Positions 1-15,880 are shown, counted from the stretch's first letter. The stretch: DNA of 64,000 bases from Eledone cirrhosa (GCA_964016885.1 OZ024742.1:285572001-285636000); one strand, 5' to 3'. Notes: generated from the sequence alone by a model not told the origin. Numbers and translations are program-made.

Positions 1-3000
1 CTTATACAACACTACCACCACATTATACTACACTACCACCACACTGTAACACATTATACAACACTACCACCACATTATACAACACTACCACCACGTTATA
101 CTACACTACCACCACACTGTAGCACATTATACAACACTACCACCACATTATACAACACTACCACCACACTGTAGTACATTATACAACACTACCACCACAT
201 TATACTTTACTACCACCACACTGTAGCACATTATACCACACTACCACGACATTATACAACACTACCACCACATTATACTACACTACCACCACACTGTAGC
301 ACATTATACAACACTACCACCACATTATACAACACTACCACCACATTATACCACACTACCACCACATTATACAACACTACCACCACATTATACAACACTA
401 CAACCACATTATACCACACTACCACCACATTATACCACACTACCACCACATTATACCACACTACCACCACATTATACCACACTACCACCACATTATACCA
501 CACTACCACCACATATTACAACACTACCACCACATTATACCACACTACCACCACATTATACCACACTACCACCACATTATACCACACTACCACCACATTA
601 TACCACACTACCACCACATTATACAACACTACCACCACATTATACAACACTACCACCACATTATACAACACTACCACCACATTATACAACACTACCACCA
701 CATTATACCACACTACCACCACATTATACCACACTACCACCACATTATACCACACTACCACCACATTATACCACACTACCACCACATTATACCACACTAC
801 CACCACATTATACCACACTACCACCACATTATACCACACTACCACCACATTATACAACACTACCACCACATCATACAACATTACCACCACATTATACAAC
901 ACTACCACCACATTATACCACATTATACAACACTACCACCACATTATACCAGACTACCACCACATTATACCACACTACCACCACATTATACAACACCACC
1001 ACCACATTATACCACACTACCACCACATTATACCACACTACCACCACATTATACAACACTACCACCACATTATACCACACTACCACCACATTATACAACA
1101 CTACCACCACATTATACAACACTACCACCACATTATACAACACTACCACCACACTATACCACACTACCACCACACTGTAGTACATTATACAACACTACCA
1201 CCACATTATACAACACTACCACCACATTATACAACACTACCACCGCATTATACAACACTACCACCACATTATACAACACTACCACCACATTATACCACAC
1301 TACCACCACATTGTACAACACTACCACCACATTATACAACACTACCACCACATTATACCACACTACCTCCACATTATACCACACTACCACCACATTATAC
1401 TACACTACCACCACACTGTAGCACATCATACAACACTACCACCACATTATATAACACTACCACCACATTATACCACACTACCACCACATTATACCACACT
1501 ACCACCACATTATACAACACTACCACCACACTGTAGCGCATTATACAACACTACCACCACATTATACTACACTACCACCACACTGTAGCACATTATACAA
1601 CACTACCACCACATTATACAACACTACCACCACATCATACAACACTACCACCACACTGTAGCACATTATACAACACTACCACCACATTATACTACACTAC
1701 CACCACACTGTAGCACATTATACAACACTACCACCACATTATACAACACTACCACCGCACTGTAGCACATTATACCACACTACCACCACATTATACAACA
1801 CTACCACCACATTATACTACACTACCACTACACTGTAGCACATTATACAACACTACCACCACATTATACAACACTGCCACCATATTATACCACACTACCA
1901 CCGCACTGTAGCACATTATACCACACTACCACCACATTATACCACACTACCACCACATTATACCACACTACCACCACATTATACCACACTACCACCACAT
2001 TATACCACACTACCACCACATTATACCACACTACCACCACATTATACAACACTACCACCACATTATACCACACTACCACCACATTATACAATACTACCAC
2101 CACATTATACCACACTACCACCACATTATACAACACTACCACCACATTATACCACACTATCACCACATTATACCACACTACCACCACATTATACCACACT
2201 ACCACCACATTATACCACACTACCACCACATTATACCACACTACCACCACATTATACCACACTACCACCACATTATACAACACTACCACCACATTATACA
2301 ACACTACCACCACATTATACCACACTACCACCACATTATACAACACTACCACCACATTATACCACACTACCACCACATTATACAACACTACCACCACATT
2401 ATACCACACTATCACCACATTATACCACACTACCACCACATTATACCACACTACCACCACATTATACCACACTACCACCACATTATACCACACTACCACC
2501 ACATTATACCACACTACCACCACATTATACAACACTACCACCACATTATACCACACTACCACCACACTATACCACACTACCACCACATTATACCACACTA
2601 CCACCACATTATACCACACTACCACCACATTATACCACACTACCACCACATTATACAACACTACCACCACATTATACAACACTACCACCACATTATACCA
2701 CACTACCACCACATTATACCACACTACAACCACACTGTAGCACATCATACAACACTACCACCACATTATATAACACTACCACCACATTATACCACACTAC
2801 CACCACATTATACCACACTACCACCACATTATACAACACTACCACCACACTGTAGCGGATTATACAACACTACCACCACATTATACAACACTACCACCAC
2901 ACTGTAGCACATTATACAACACTACCACCACATTATACAACACTACCACCGCACTGTAGCACATTATACCACACTACCACCACATTATACAACACTACCA

Positions 3001-6000
3001 CCACATTATACTACACTACCACCACACTGTAGCACATTATACAACACTACCACCACATTATACAACACTACCACCACATTATACAACACTACCACCAAAT
3101 TATACCACACTACCACAGCACTGTAGCACATTATACCACACTACCACCACATTATACAACACTACCACTACATTATACAACACTACCAGCACATTATACA
3201 ACACTACCACCACATTATACCACACTACCACCACATTATACCACACTACCACCACATTATACAACACTACCACCACATTATACCACACTACCACCACATT
3301 ATACCACACTACCACCACATTATACCACACTACCACCGCATTATACCACACTACCACCACATTATACCACACTACCACCACATTATACCACACTACCACC
3401 ACATTATACAACACTACCACCACATTATACAACACTACCACCACATTATACTACACTACCACCACACTGTAGCACATTATACAACACTACCACCACATTA
3501 TACAACACTACCACCACATTATACTACACTACCACCAGACTGTAGCACATTATACAACACTACCACCACATTATACAAAATTACCACCACACTGTAGCAC
3601 ATTATACAACACTACCACCACATTATACTACACTACCACCACACTGTAGCACATTATACAACACTACCACCACATTATACCACACTACCACCGCACTATA
3701 CCACACTACCACCATACTACCACCACACTGTAGCACATTATACAACACTACCACCACATTATACCACACTACCCCCGCACTATACCACACTACCATCACA
3801 CTACTACCACATTATACCACACTACCACCGCACTATACCACACTACCACCATACTACCACCACACTGTAGCACATTATACAACACTACCACCACATTATA
3901 CCACACTACCCCCGCACTATACCATACTACCATCACACTACCACCACATTATACAACACTACCACCACATTATACAACACTACCACCACATTATACAACA
4001 CTACCACCACATTATACCACACTACCACCACATTATACCACACTACCACCACATTATACCACACTACCACCACATTATACCACACTACCACCACATTATA
4101 CCACACTACCACCACATTATACCACACTACCACCACATTATACAACACCACCACCACATTATACCACACTACCACCACATTATACAACACTACCACCACA
4201 TTATACCACACTACCACCACATTATACAACACTACCACCACATTATACCACACTACCACCACATTATACAACACTACCACCACATTATACCACACTACCA
4301 CCACATTATACAACACTACCACCACATTATACAACACTACCACCACATTATACAACACTACCACCACACTATACCACACTACCACCACACTGTAGTACAT
4401 TATACAACACTACCACCACATTATACAACACTACCACCACATTATACAACACTACCACCACACTGTAGCACATTATACAACACTACCACCACACTATACC
4501 ACACTACCACCACACTGTAGTACATTATACAACACTACCACCACATTATACAACACTACCACCACATTATACAACACTACCACCACATTATACAACACTA
4601 CCACCACACTGTAGCACATTATACAACACTACCACCACATTATACAACACTACCACCACACTGTAGCACATTATACAACACTACCACCACATTATACCAC
4701 ACTACCACCACATTATACAACACTACCACCACATTATACAACACTACCACCACACTGTAGCACATTATACAACACTACCACCACACTGTAGCACATTATA
4801 CAACACTACCACCACATTATACAACACTACCACCGCACTATACTACACTACCACCATATTGTAGCACATTATACCACACTACCACCACATTATACCACAC
4901 TACCACCACATTATACCACACTACCACCACAGTATACCACACTACCACCACATTATACCACACTACCACCACATTATACCACACTACCACCACATTATAC
5001 CACACTACCACCACATTATACAACACTACCACCACATTATACCACACTACCACCACATTATACAACACTACCACCACATTATACCACACTACCACCACAT
5101 TATACAACACTACCATCACATTATACCACACTATCACCACATTATACCACACTACCACCACATTATACCACACTACCACCACACTATACCACACTACCAC
5201 CACATTATACCACACTACCACCACATTATACCACACTACCACCACATTATACCACACTACCACCACATTATACCACAATACCACCACATTATACCACACT
5301 ACCACCACATTATACCACACTACCACCACATTATACCACACTACCACCACATTATACCACACTACCACCACATTATACAACACTACCACCACATTATACA
5401 ACACTACCACCACATTATACCACACTACCACCACATTATACCACACTACCACCACATTATACTACACTACCACCACACTGTAGCACATTATACAACACTA
5501 CCACCACATTATACAACACTACCACCACATTATACAACACTAGCACCACACTGCAGCACATTATACAACACTACCACCACATTATACTACACTACCACCA
5601 CACTGTAGCACATTATACAACACTACCACCACATTATACAACACTACCACCGCACTGTAGCACATTATACCACACTACCACCACATTATATAACACTACC
5701 ACCACATTATACCACACTACCACCACATTATACCACACTACCACCACATTATACAACACTACCACCACACTGTAGCGCATTATACAACACTACCACCACA
5801 TTATACTACACTACCACCACACTGTAGCACATTATAAACACTACCACCACATTATACAACACTACCACCACATTATACAACACTAGCACCACACTGTAGC
5901 ACATTATACAACACTACCACCACATTATACAACACTACCACCACATTATACTACACTACCACCACACTGTAGCACATTATACAACACTACCACCACATTA

Positions 6001-7255
6001 TACAACACTACCACCACATTATACAACACTAGCACCACACTGTAGCACATTATACAACACTACCACCACATTATACTACACTACCACCGCACTGTAGCAC
6101 ATTATACAACACTACCACCACATTATACAACACTACCACCGCACTGTAGCACATTATACCACACTACCACCACATTATACAACACTACCCCCACATTATA
6201 CTACACTACCACCACACTGTAGCACATTATACAACACTACCACCACATTATACAACACTACCACCACATTATACCACACTACCACCGCACTGTAGCACAT
6301 TATACCACACTACCACCACATTATACAACACTACCACCACATTATACAACACTACCACCACATTATACAACACTACCACCACATTATACCACACTACCAC
6401 CACATTATACAACACTACCACCACATTATACCACACTACCACCACATTATACCACACTACCACCACATTATACCACACTACCACCGCATTATACCACACT
6501 ACCACCACATTATACCACACTACCACCACATTATACCACACTACCACCACATTATACAACACTACCACCACATTATACCACACTACCACCACATTATACC
6601 ACACTACCACCACATTATACTACACTATCACCACACTGTAGCACATTATACAACACTACCACCACATTATACAACACTACCACCACATTATACTACACTA
6701 CCACCACACTGTAGCACATTATACAACACTATCACCACATTATACAACATTACCACCACACTGTGGCACATTATACAACACTACCACCACATTATACCAC
6801 ACTACCACCGCACTATACCACACTACCACCATACTACCACCACACTGTAGCACATTATACAACACTACCACCACATTATACCACACTACCCCCGCACTAT
6901 ACCACACTACCATCACACTACTACCACATTATACCACACTACCACCGCACTATACCACACTACCACCATACTACCACCACACTGTAGCACATTAAACAAC
7001 AATACCACCACACTATACCACGCTACCATCACACTACCACCATACTATACCACACTACCATCACACTACCACCACACTACCATCACACTACCACCACACT
7101 ATACCATATACCACACTACAACCACACTACCACCACACTGTAGCACATTATACAACACTACCATCACACTACCACGACACTATCACCAAACTGTAGCACA
7201 TTATACCACACTACCACCACACTACCACCACACTACCACTACACTACTACAACAC
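1..7255. repeat. Tandem satellite, 21-bp unit CATTATAC(C/A)ACACTACCACCA, interspersed with 31-bp variants carrying CACTGTAGCA; runs off the left edge of the window
   Basis: Periodicity is directly visible; the minus-strand ORFs are 7-aa VVVVWYN/VVVVLYN repeats (21 nt). Decays to CACTACCACCA units after about 7000. Confidence 0.98.
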
Positions 7256-7719
7256 ATGCATTATGTTCGTATAATATATTCAGAGTCTACACTTGTCTTG
7301 AGCTCTTTGCCATATTTAGCAACTTGATCTTTTAAAGGCTCTTTATAGACATACTCAAAATACACCATACACACACACACACATACTCACTCACACACAC
7401 ACACACACACGCACATATATATACGCATTTTCCTTATTTCTTTTTTCACCTGCCTCTTAGAAGAAGTGACCAAAATGTTATAAATCTGAGATGACTTTCC
7501 GGTTTTCAAAAGTCAATCCCTGTTTTAATGTTAAGAGTTCATTAATTTGATCAACGTATTTATGAGTTTTATATCGAATATTGCTATCTATTTGAGATGA
7601 CTGTCGCCATCCTTTTGTTCTAGAGGTGACAGAGAGAAACAACCGAGAACGATGTTACTGGGTTATTACCCTTTGTCAAGATGGTGTATCTCTCTTTAGT
7701 CACTCACTAGAAGTCTTGA

Positions 7720-7775
<56 letters not shown>

Positions 7776-7832
7776 TAAAATAACAGATTAAAGTTTAAGC
7801 AAAGAATCGCTGCTTTCACCCTTAACGGGATG

Positions 7833-7887
<55 letters not shown>

Positions 7888-7896
7888 TATATATAT

Positions 7897-8140
7897 ACTG
7901 AAGTAAAAGTTAAGTGGAAAAATCCAAGAGTAAGAGCACTCAATCCATAGGACGAGTTTAGTATAAATAATTACAACATTGACATAAACATGTACTCAAA
8001 TTTCGTTGGGTTCTGGGCCCCTATTCGTTCAGCCTGTCATGAGAAAAATATGGTTTTATTTTTCTCATGACAGGCTGAACGAATTGGGGCCCAGAACCCG
8101 ACGAAACTTGAGTACCTGTTTATGTCACTGTTGTAATTAT
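7897..8140. mobile_element. Short fold-back PLE-type (pLTR) element in (TA)n with a hammerhead
   Basis: Inverted arms 7967-8050 and 8057-8140; unique tail 7897-7966 with the bulged hairpin (minus strand ACTC-GTCC-TAT-GGAT-T-GAGT); TA tracts on both sides. Confidence 0.8.
8070..8119 (+). ncRNA. Type I hammerhead ribozyme with 1-nt core insertion (CUGAACGA)
   Basis: ACAGG-CTGAACGA-aTTGGG..CCCGAc-GAAA-CTTGAG-TA^CCTGT; stem I ACAGG/CCTGT; predicted cleavage after 8114. Confidence 0.75.
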
Positions 8141-8154
8141 ATATATATATATAT

Positions 8155-8348
8155 GAAAATGTTTAACCCCGACGGCAGAGCTCAAACCGTTTCAACGGCT
8201 ATTTCTGGAGTCCAGAAATAGCCGTCGAAACGGCTTGAGCTCTGCCGTTGGGGTTAAACATTTTCCTATTACCCACTCTACTACGCTAAGTATTGAGTAC
8301 TCTGGTGCGTTATGGTCCATCTGGTTCCTTACCACACCTCCTTCGTTT
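8155..8348. mobile_element. Fold-back PLE-type element, family A (3' half of a hammerhead plus tail)
   Basis: Near-perfect palindrome centred on TTTCTGGA-G-TCCAGAAA; GAAA-CGGC-TTGAGCTCT-GCCG-TT forms a stem III; tail carries ACTC-TACT-ACGCTA-AGTA-TT-GAGT. Other copies at 25490-25570, 34200-34406, 41475-41832, diverged 46025-46160. Confidence 0.8.
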
Positions 8349-8379
<31 letters not shown>

Positions 8380-9088
8380 TATATATGTACTTCATTACAT
8401 TTGCTCTGTGTTTATATCTGCCTTTGCAAAACTTTCTCCCTAAAAATCTCCTCTCTCTTCAAACCAATATAATATATAAACACATTGAGCTAACTTTGAA
8501 AACACGTGGCAACTATATACTACCATATGTAATTATCTACTTTCCTTTGAGCCTTGTATATTTAATTTTACCTTTGCTATATATATATATATATATATAC
8601 TGTATATATATATATATATATATGAAATTATAAGTTTGAAGAACATACAGATAAAATTTACCTAATTTTTCTTCTTAGTCCGGAAACATTAACTAAATAA
8701 ATAATCAATTAAACGGAGCTAAGTTTAAAATGTAAGTTTGAAGAAATAATAGATAAATGTTTACCGATATTCCTCTTGACCCGACCGCCGGCAGTTTCGC
8801 TTGTGTTATATAGAATGTGTGAGATCGCTGCATTATCCATGAGGCGTTAAGCCTATCAAGAGACTCCCTCAGTTAGGACCGATTTTATTTTGAAAGTGAT
8901 CGCCGCCAGTAACAAATTCAAAAGGAGTGAAAATTATCACGTGACTGGCGGTCAAGATAGAAGTGTTGTGAAGGGTAGACCGGTTGCCAGTAAGTTCATT
9001 GTTAGAAGAAACAGTTAGTTACAGCCTAATTTTACTCAACCGTATGGGAGTTAGAACAACCGTAGAGAGAGAGAGAGCGAGAGAGGGC

Positions 9089-9165
<77 letters not shown>

Positions 9166-9173
9166 CATATATA

Positions 9174-9214
<41 letters not shown>

Positions 9215-9216
<2 letters not shown>

Positions 9217-9394
9217 GTTATTCCGGGTTGAATCGGAGGTAACCACAGTAAGTAAGGTACTCAATACATTGCAGAGTATAAAAGTTTTAATATAGATGAG
9301 ATTCTACAGGACTAGAACTGTTTCATTCTTTAGAAATCATGATTTCTAAAGAATGAAACAGTTCTAGTCCTGTAGAATCTCATCTATATTAAAA

Positions 9395-9396
<2 letters not shown>
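9215..9396. mobile_element. Fold-back PLE-type element, family B
   Basis: Palindrome centred on AAATCATGATTT (about 9340); left tail with the bulged hairpin; same family as 38991-39181, 41905-42095, 59775-59950, 61740-61930. Confidence 0.8.
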
Positions 9397-10455
<1,059 letters not shown>

Positions 10456-11174
10456 GCGGACTGGCCAGGTTGTCAGGTTGCCCAATGGCAAGTGGGCCCC
10501 AGGGGGCCCACGTAGCATTGCAATAGCCACACTAACATTGCAGGGCCCACTGTAGTATTTTAGGGGCCAATGCTTTGCTTTAAAAAAAATACCTGAAATC
10601 TAAGAGAAAAAATAAAATAAAAAAAAAATTAAATAAAACAATTAAGCAAAGCATTTGGTCAACAAATTCCCAAAAGAATTATTAGAAACCAAAATATACG
10701 CTAGTGCAAATAGCTGGAATATGTGGTTGTACATTCTACTAAATCTAAAGCTTAGTGTATTCATTCATGCATGCAAACATACATGTATAGACACAGACAC
10801 ACAAGCATTAATTTTATACCTAATTGTGTATGGTTGACGGTGTATTTAGTCGATCTCCACGTGCTGTTGAAATGTTGGGTAAATATTCTATTGCGGTCGG
10901 CCGCGAAGAGATTGCTATCGTTTATTTATCAAATATTTCTTCATACGAGCCTTTTAATCTTATAGCCTGGTCTAATTGATTTTTTATGTGGTTAATTATG
11001 CTAATTGGGAGAGGAAATGGTGTATATATATTATCAAATGATTCTATGGACATACTTTATGATATATATATATATATATTTATAATGGAAAAATTTGAAC
11101 AGGGACAAAACAGAGAGGCAGTACAACGAATGTTTATTAATTTCACGCTCTGGAGAGTGGGGTGTTGGTGGGGG

Positions 11175-11206
11175 ACGACGTTTCGGGCATAAGCCCTTCC
11201 TCAGGT
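11175..11206 (-). ncRNA. Minimal hammerhead ribozyme in the PLE pLTR
   Basis: Minus strand AC-CTGAGGA-A-GGGC-TTAT-GCCC-GAAA-CG-TC^GT; palindromic ACGT stem III; stem I only 2 bp. Confidence 0.75.
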
Positions 11207-11477
11207 GGGAAGTGTGTGGGAACAGAGTTCAAAGGGTGTGTAGGGGAGTGGTGGAGAGACATATAGCAAAAGGAAACGGTGCGAATGAAAAAATAAAAAA
11301 TAAAGATAAAAATAAAAATAAAGCATGATCAAAATACAAGGAATGAGATAAATTTAAAAATAAAGGCATGATCAAAATAAACTGAAATTAAAAGGGGGGT
11401 AAACAGGTGGTGGAAGGGTGTGTGGGGGGGGGGTGCGAGCGGGGAGGGCTGAAGGTGGTGTGTGTGTGTAGGTGTGT

Positions 11478-12582
11478 GGGAAGAGGTGAAGTCGAGGTAA
11501 GAGTGGGAGTCGGTGGGTTTGAAGAAGGCGGAGGTGACGAGGGAGTGGTGGGAGGGGTCGAAGGCGACGGAGATGTCTAAGAAGAGGACGTGGGTGGTGG
11601 AGATAGAGGTGGTGAAGTGGAGGGAGGGGTGGAAGGAGCAGAAGAAGGAGAGAAAGGAGTCGAGCTGTTCTCGGGTGAGGGTCGTGGCTCCGATACAGTC
11701 GTCAATGTAACGACCGTACAGTTCGGGCGTGGGGCCGGTGTACTGGGCAAAGATTTGGGCCTCAACATGGCCAACAAAAAGGTTGGCATAGTTCGGGCCC
11801 ATTCTTGTACCCATGGCTACCCCCGTGACCTGTTGGTAAAACTCACCCGAGAAGGAGAAACAATTCAGGGTGAGGACCAGCTCGGCGAGGCGAAGGAGGG
11901 TGGGGATGGAGGGAATGGGGGAGGGGCGAAGGTCGAGGTAGTGTTTGAGGGCGCGAAGGCCGTCGGCGTGGGGGATGACTGTATAGAGGGACTTGATGTC
12001 TAGGGTGAAGAGGAAGGGCTGTGGGCCGGGTGGGTAGGTGAAGGAGTCGAAAAGGCGCAGGGCGTGGTTGGTGTCGGAGATGTGGGAGGGGAGGGTGGTG
12101 ACAAGGGGGTGCGAGGAGGGAGTCGAGATAGGCGGAGATGAGTTCGGTGGGGCAGTTGCAAGCGAAGACGATGGGGCGGCCGGGGTTGTCGGGTTTGTGG
12201 AGTTTGGGGAGGAAGTAGATGGTGGGGGTGCGGGGGGTGCGGACGATGAGGTGGGAAGCGGTGGGGGGAGGAGGGAGGCGATAAGGTCTTTGATGGTGGA
12301 GGAGACTTGTTGTTGGTAGAGGGGGGTGGGATCGGAGGGTAGAGGGCGGTAAAAGAGGGGGTTACAGAGCTGCCTGAGGGCTTCGGCCGTGTAGAGGTCC
12401 GCGCGCCACACCACTACGGCGCCTCCCTTGTCCGCCGGTTTGATGACGATGTCATCTCGGCTACGGAGGGAGCGGAGAGCGAGGAGTTCGCCCCGTGAGA
12501 TATTGTACCGTTTGGAACGGTGGCGGAAGTCGAAACGATTTACTGCGCTACGGCTGGCATCGACGAAGGCGTCCAGGGTGCT
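11478..12582 (-). pseudogene. PLE reverse transcriptase pseudogene
   Basis: IKPADKGGAVVVW upstream of the listed ORF; YFLPKLHK..PGRPIV in a shifted frame (compensating frameshifts near 12270 and 12105); TLDIKSLYT, QVTGVAMGTRMGPNYANLF, YGRYIDD, FLDI, KPTDSHSYL. Most of the thumb and the GIY-YIG domain are missing. Confidence 0.92.
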
Positions 12583-12781
12583 AAATTGTCCTGGGGCTGG
12601 CGTCCAAGAAGATGGTCGTCATACTCACACACAAACTACTTACCAAATAATATTTGGTATTAATGGGTTAAAGACATCTGTCAAATCAATTAGTGGTGAA
12701 GGTGGTGTATACACACACACACACAGACACACACATATATATATATTGAGTGAGTATGAAAGACCAAAGGTCATTATTGAA

Positions 12782-12971
12782 AGTGGTGGATTGGCAGTAT
12801 CGGTAGAGGGTCGGACGCCATGCTTTCCAGCATAGTTACGTCCCTTTACGATCTGAGTTCAAATCCTGCCGAGGTTGACTTTGCCTTTCATCCTTACGGG
12901 GTAGATAAAATAAAGTACCAGTAATGCACTGGGTAATTGCTGGCCTTGTGCCTAAAGTAGAAACAATTATT
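12782..12971 (+). mobile_element. tRNA-derived SINE (main family, about 190-220 bp; resembles octopus OK-type SINEs with a Nin/Deu-like core)
   Basis: A-box TGGCAGTATCGG, B-box GAGTTCAAATCC, core GACTTTGCCTTTCATCCTTACGGGGT.GATAAAATAAAGTACCAG, tail GGCCTTGTGCCTAAAGTAGAAACAATTATT. Family name is from recollection only. Confidence 0.9.
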
Positions 12972-13159
12972 GAAAGTCTCTGGATTTCGCAAAATACATA
13001 ATATATTCATTGGAGAAGGTAAAAATTTGATTGCACTGTTTTGTTTCCACTTATATATTATTTGAAAATGTTATTTATTCATTATAAAAATTAAATAGCA
13101 TTCTATATGTAGGTAGCCCCCTTCATCTGGCAATCAATATTTATAGACCTATTCCGCCA

Positions 13160-13211
<52 letters not shown>

Positions 13212-13299
13212 CCAATCATTGGAAGTTTGAATCTAACTGACATGCAAAAACATATATATAGGAATAAGGTAAGCCCAAATCATAGTAGATTAAAATATC

Positions 13300-13362
<63 letters not shown>

Positions 13363-13479
13363 AATGAGGTGCAACAGAAATGAAACATGGATTACAGGTT
13401 AAAATATAGTCTAAATAGATGTGAAACAAAACGAGGATGTAGTTTATGGAACACCCACATGATTTAGAAGTTGACCTGA

Positions 13480-13880
13480 AGTAGGAGCAATAACATTACG
13501 AAAGACATGAACACCACCACAACACTTTGATTTGAATATTTTGAAAGTAGGTTTATAAGTAGGAATTTTCATAAGATTGTCATAGTTGTCTCTGTGGCCT
13601 AGCGGTAGATACTAGAGATGGTGGATATCCTGGCTTTGGGTTCAATCCTGATCAAGCGGTACATGTAACCTTTTTCAGTTTTTGTTTTACAACCAATAGA
13701 TCGAACTTCAGACGAGGATCACCACCGTCTATGATTCCTCCAACTAGACCACCGACACAGCGACAACAGTAAAATGGTAATTATAAAATAATTACCATTT
13801 TACAACAGATAATTATAAAACTTTCAAAATCAAGGTTAAAAAGATGTGGTGTCGTTCATGGCTTTCCTAGAGCTATTAGG
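13480..13880. mobile_element. Old degenerate fold-back element containing a tRNA-like head
   Basis: 13488-13547 is inverted to 13820-13877 and 13586-13628 to 13713-13766; A-box TGGCCTAGCGG and B-box GGTTCAATCC at about 13595-13648. Confidence 0.45.
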
Positions 13881-14214
13881 GTCGCAAAATACATAATATA
13901 TTTTATTGGAGAAGGTTAGATATTTCCCGCACAAATTTGATTGCACTGTTTTGTTTCCACTTATGTAGTTTTCGAAAATGTTATTTATTCATTATAAAAA
14001 TTAAATGATAGCATTCTATATGTATGTGGGACACTTTCATCTCCTGGCAACCAATATTTTTACCCAGTCCGCCATTATATATATATATATATAATATAAT
14101 ATATATATATATATATATATAATATATAATATGTATAATATATATAATATATATAATATATATAATATATAATATATATAATATATATAATATATATAAT
14201 ATATATATATATGC

Positions 14215-14513
14215 AAAAGTTTTATTTAAAATTGTTGGGTTACAACGAGTAAATAATTTATAACTGATATAAAAGCACTCAACAGTTTTTGGAGTAGGTT
14301 TACGATATTAAACAAATGGAAACTATATTTATAAAACCATATTTATTTCGTTATATATATTTCTGGGATATCATATTAAAATTATTTATAAAACAGCTTA
14401 TATATTGTATTTTGTCTGAGGAAGGCATACCATATTTTTAATATGATATCCCAGAAATATATATAACGAAATAAATATGGTTTTATAAATATAGTTTCCA
14501 TTTGTTTAATATC

Positions 14514-14514
<1 letters not shown>
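14215..14514. mobile_element. Fold-back PLE-type element in (TA)n with a complete hammerhead
   Basis: Arms about 14301-14380 and 14436-14514 are inverted; tail 14215-14300 with minus-strand ACTC-CA-AAAAC-TG-TT-GAGT; relative at 60120-60360. Confidence 0.82.
14408..14473 (+). ncRNA. Type I hammerhead ribozyme
   Basis: TATTTTGT-CTGAGGA-aGGcATAcCATATT-ttt-AATATGaTATcCCa-GAAA-TATATA-TA^ACGAAATA; 8-bp stem I; predicted cleavage after 14465. Confidence 0.88.
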
Positions 14515-14575
<61 letters not shown>

Positions 14576-14590
14576 AGATATAGATATATG

Positions 14591-14704
<114 letters not shown>

Positions 14705-14914
14705 TCTATATATATATATACATATATCTATATCTATATATATATATACATATATCTATATATATACATATATGCATATATATATATATATTCATATATC
14801 TATCTATATATATATATATGTGTGTGTGCGTGCGTGTGTGTGTGTGTGTGTGTTTGAATTTCTTAAAAAAAAAAAAACCCTTCGTGAGCCACCTTTTTTT
14901 AAAGTAAAGAAATT

Positions 14915-15000
<86 letters not shown>

Positions 15001-15527
15001 CACACACACACACACAAGCACACAAATAAACACACATCTTTACTTTCTTTATTCAATAGAAAATCTGAATTCTGACACCCCAGCGAACTAACCATATTCA
15101 CTGAACCAGAACAATTCTCCCATCCCTTTCTCTTGACCATTATCTTTCACTTATCAAAAAATTCTCTAAAAAGGCTACAGAATGGATTTCCAAATAAGGG
15201 CACAAAAATTTAATGAAAATTTGTTCACGTGACAGCCATAATTTCATTTATAACCAACCAAAAAAAAGCCTTCGTGAGCCTCCTTTTTTCAAGTAAAAAG
15301 AAATTCAAACACTCATATATGAAAAAAACAACCTGCGACAACCCCCCCTCTTATTTGAAGAATTATTGTAACGCGAACTGGCGCGAAATTTATTATAATT
15401 ATTGACAAACCAATCAAATTACTTCTCGAAAAACCTGGCATTTCGAGCCACTTTTTCCATATAAAACAAGTAACATTCAGAGACCAACCAGATGTGAGAA
15501 AAACCACAGACCCTCCATCTCAACTCA

Positions 15528-15565
15528 CCTTTTGAAAAGCAGAAGAACTGCGAAACCGGTAAAGG
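15528..15565 (+). ncRNA. Minimal hammerhead with U3-A8 core variant (family E)
   Basis: CCTT-TTGAAAA-GCAG-AAGAA-CTGC-GAAA-CCGG-TA^AAGG; copies at 25020-25057 (mutated) and 41250-41285 plus its inverted mate. Confidence 0.8.
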
Positions 15566-15706
15566 AACCAAATAAATATATATATATCTGTATATATATA
15601 TATATAAATATGTATATATATATATATATATACATATATGTATATATATATATATTTTACTCTATATATATATACATATATGTATATATATATATATATA
15701 TATGCA

Positions 15707-15749
<43 letters not shown>

Positions 15750-15880
15750 CGGCGATGAATTAGTTTTGCGAGGTTTTTATATGAAATCGTGTGTCGAAAC
15801 AGATATTGTTATATTTGGGGAGGGTCATATTTGCGTAATATTGCCAGCATTAATAACAGAACACACTCACTGTTTGTAGT

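Larger units (their letters stand above)
11073..12582 (-). mobile_element. 5'-truncated, internally deleted Penelope-like retroelement (Penelope/Poseidon-type), GC-rich
   Basis: RT pseudogene followed by a 3' pLTR with a hammerhead and AATAAA; ends in a TA-rich tract. Confidence 0.9.
10451..14077. mobile_element. Non-autonomous hAT-like DNA transposon remnant with nested insertions and two right ends
   Basis: TIR TAGTGGCGGACTGG (10451-10464) versus CCAGTCCGCCATTA (14064-14077); a second right end at 12986-13162 (..TTCCGCCACTG) duplicates 13882-14077; GGGCCC subterminal motifs. No TSD can be resolved in the TA context. Confidence 0.6.

Noticed and set aside
273-6987. ORFs of VVVVWYN or HYTTLPP repeats
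   Set aside because: Translations of a 21-bp satellite with frequent 10-bp frame-breaking insertions and no unique coding context.
1-7255. CRISPR-like or telomeric array
   Set aside because: No unique spacers, no cas genes, eukaryotic context; the unit is not a canonical TTAGGG-type telomere repeat.
13586-13660. Genuine tRNA gene
   Set aside because: A and B boxes are present but no cloverleaf could be built; the same holds for all SINE heads.
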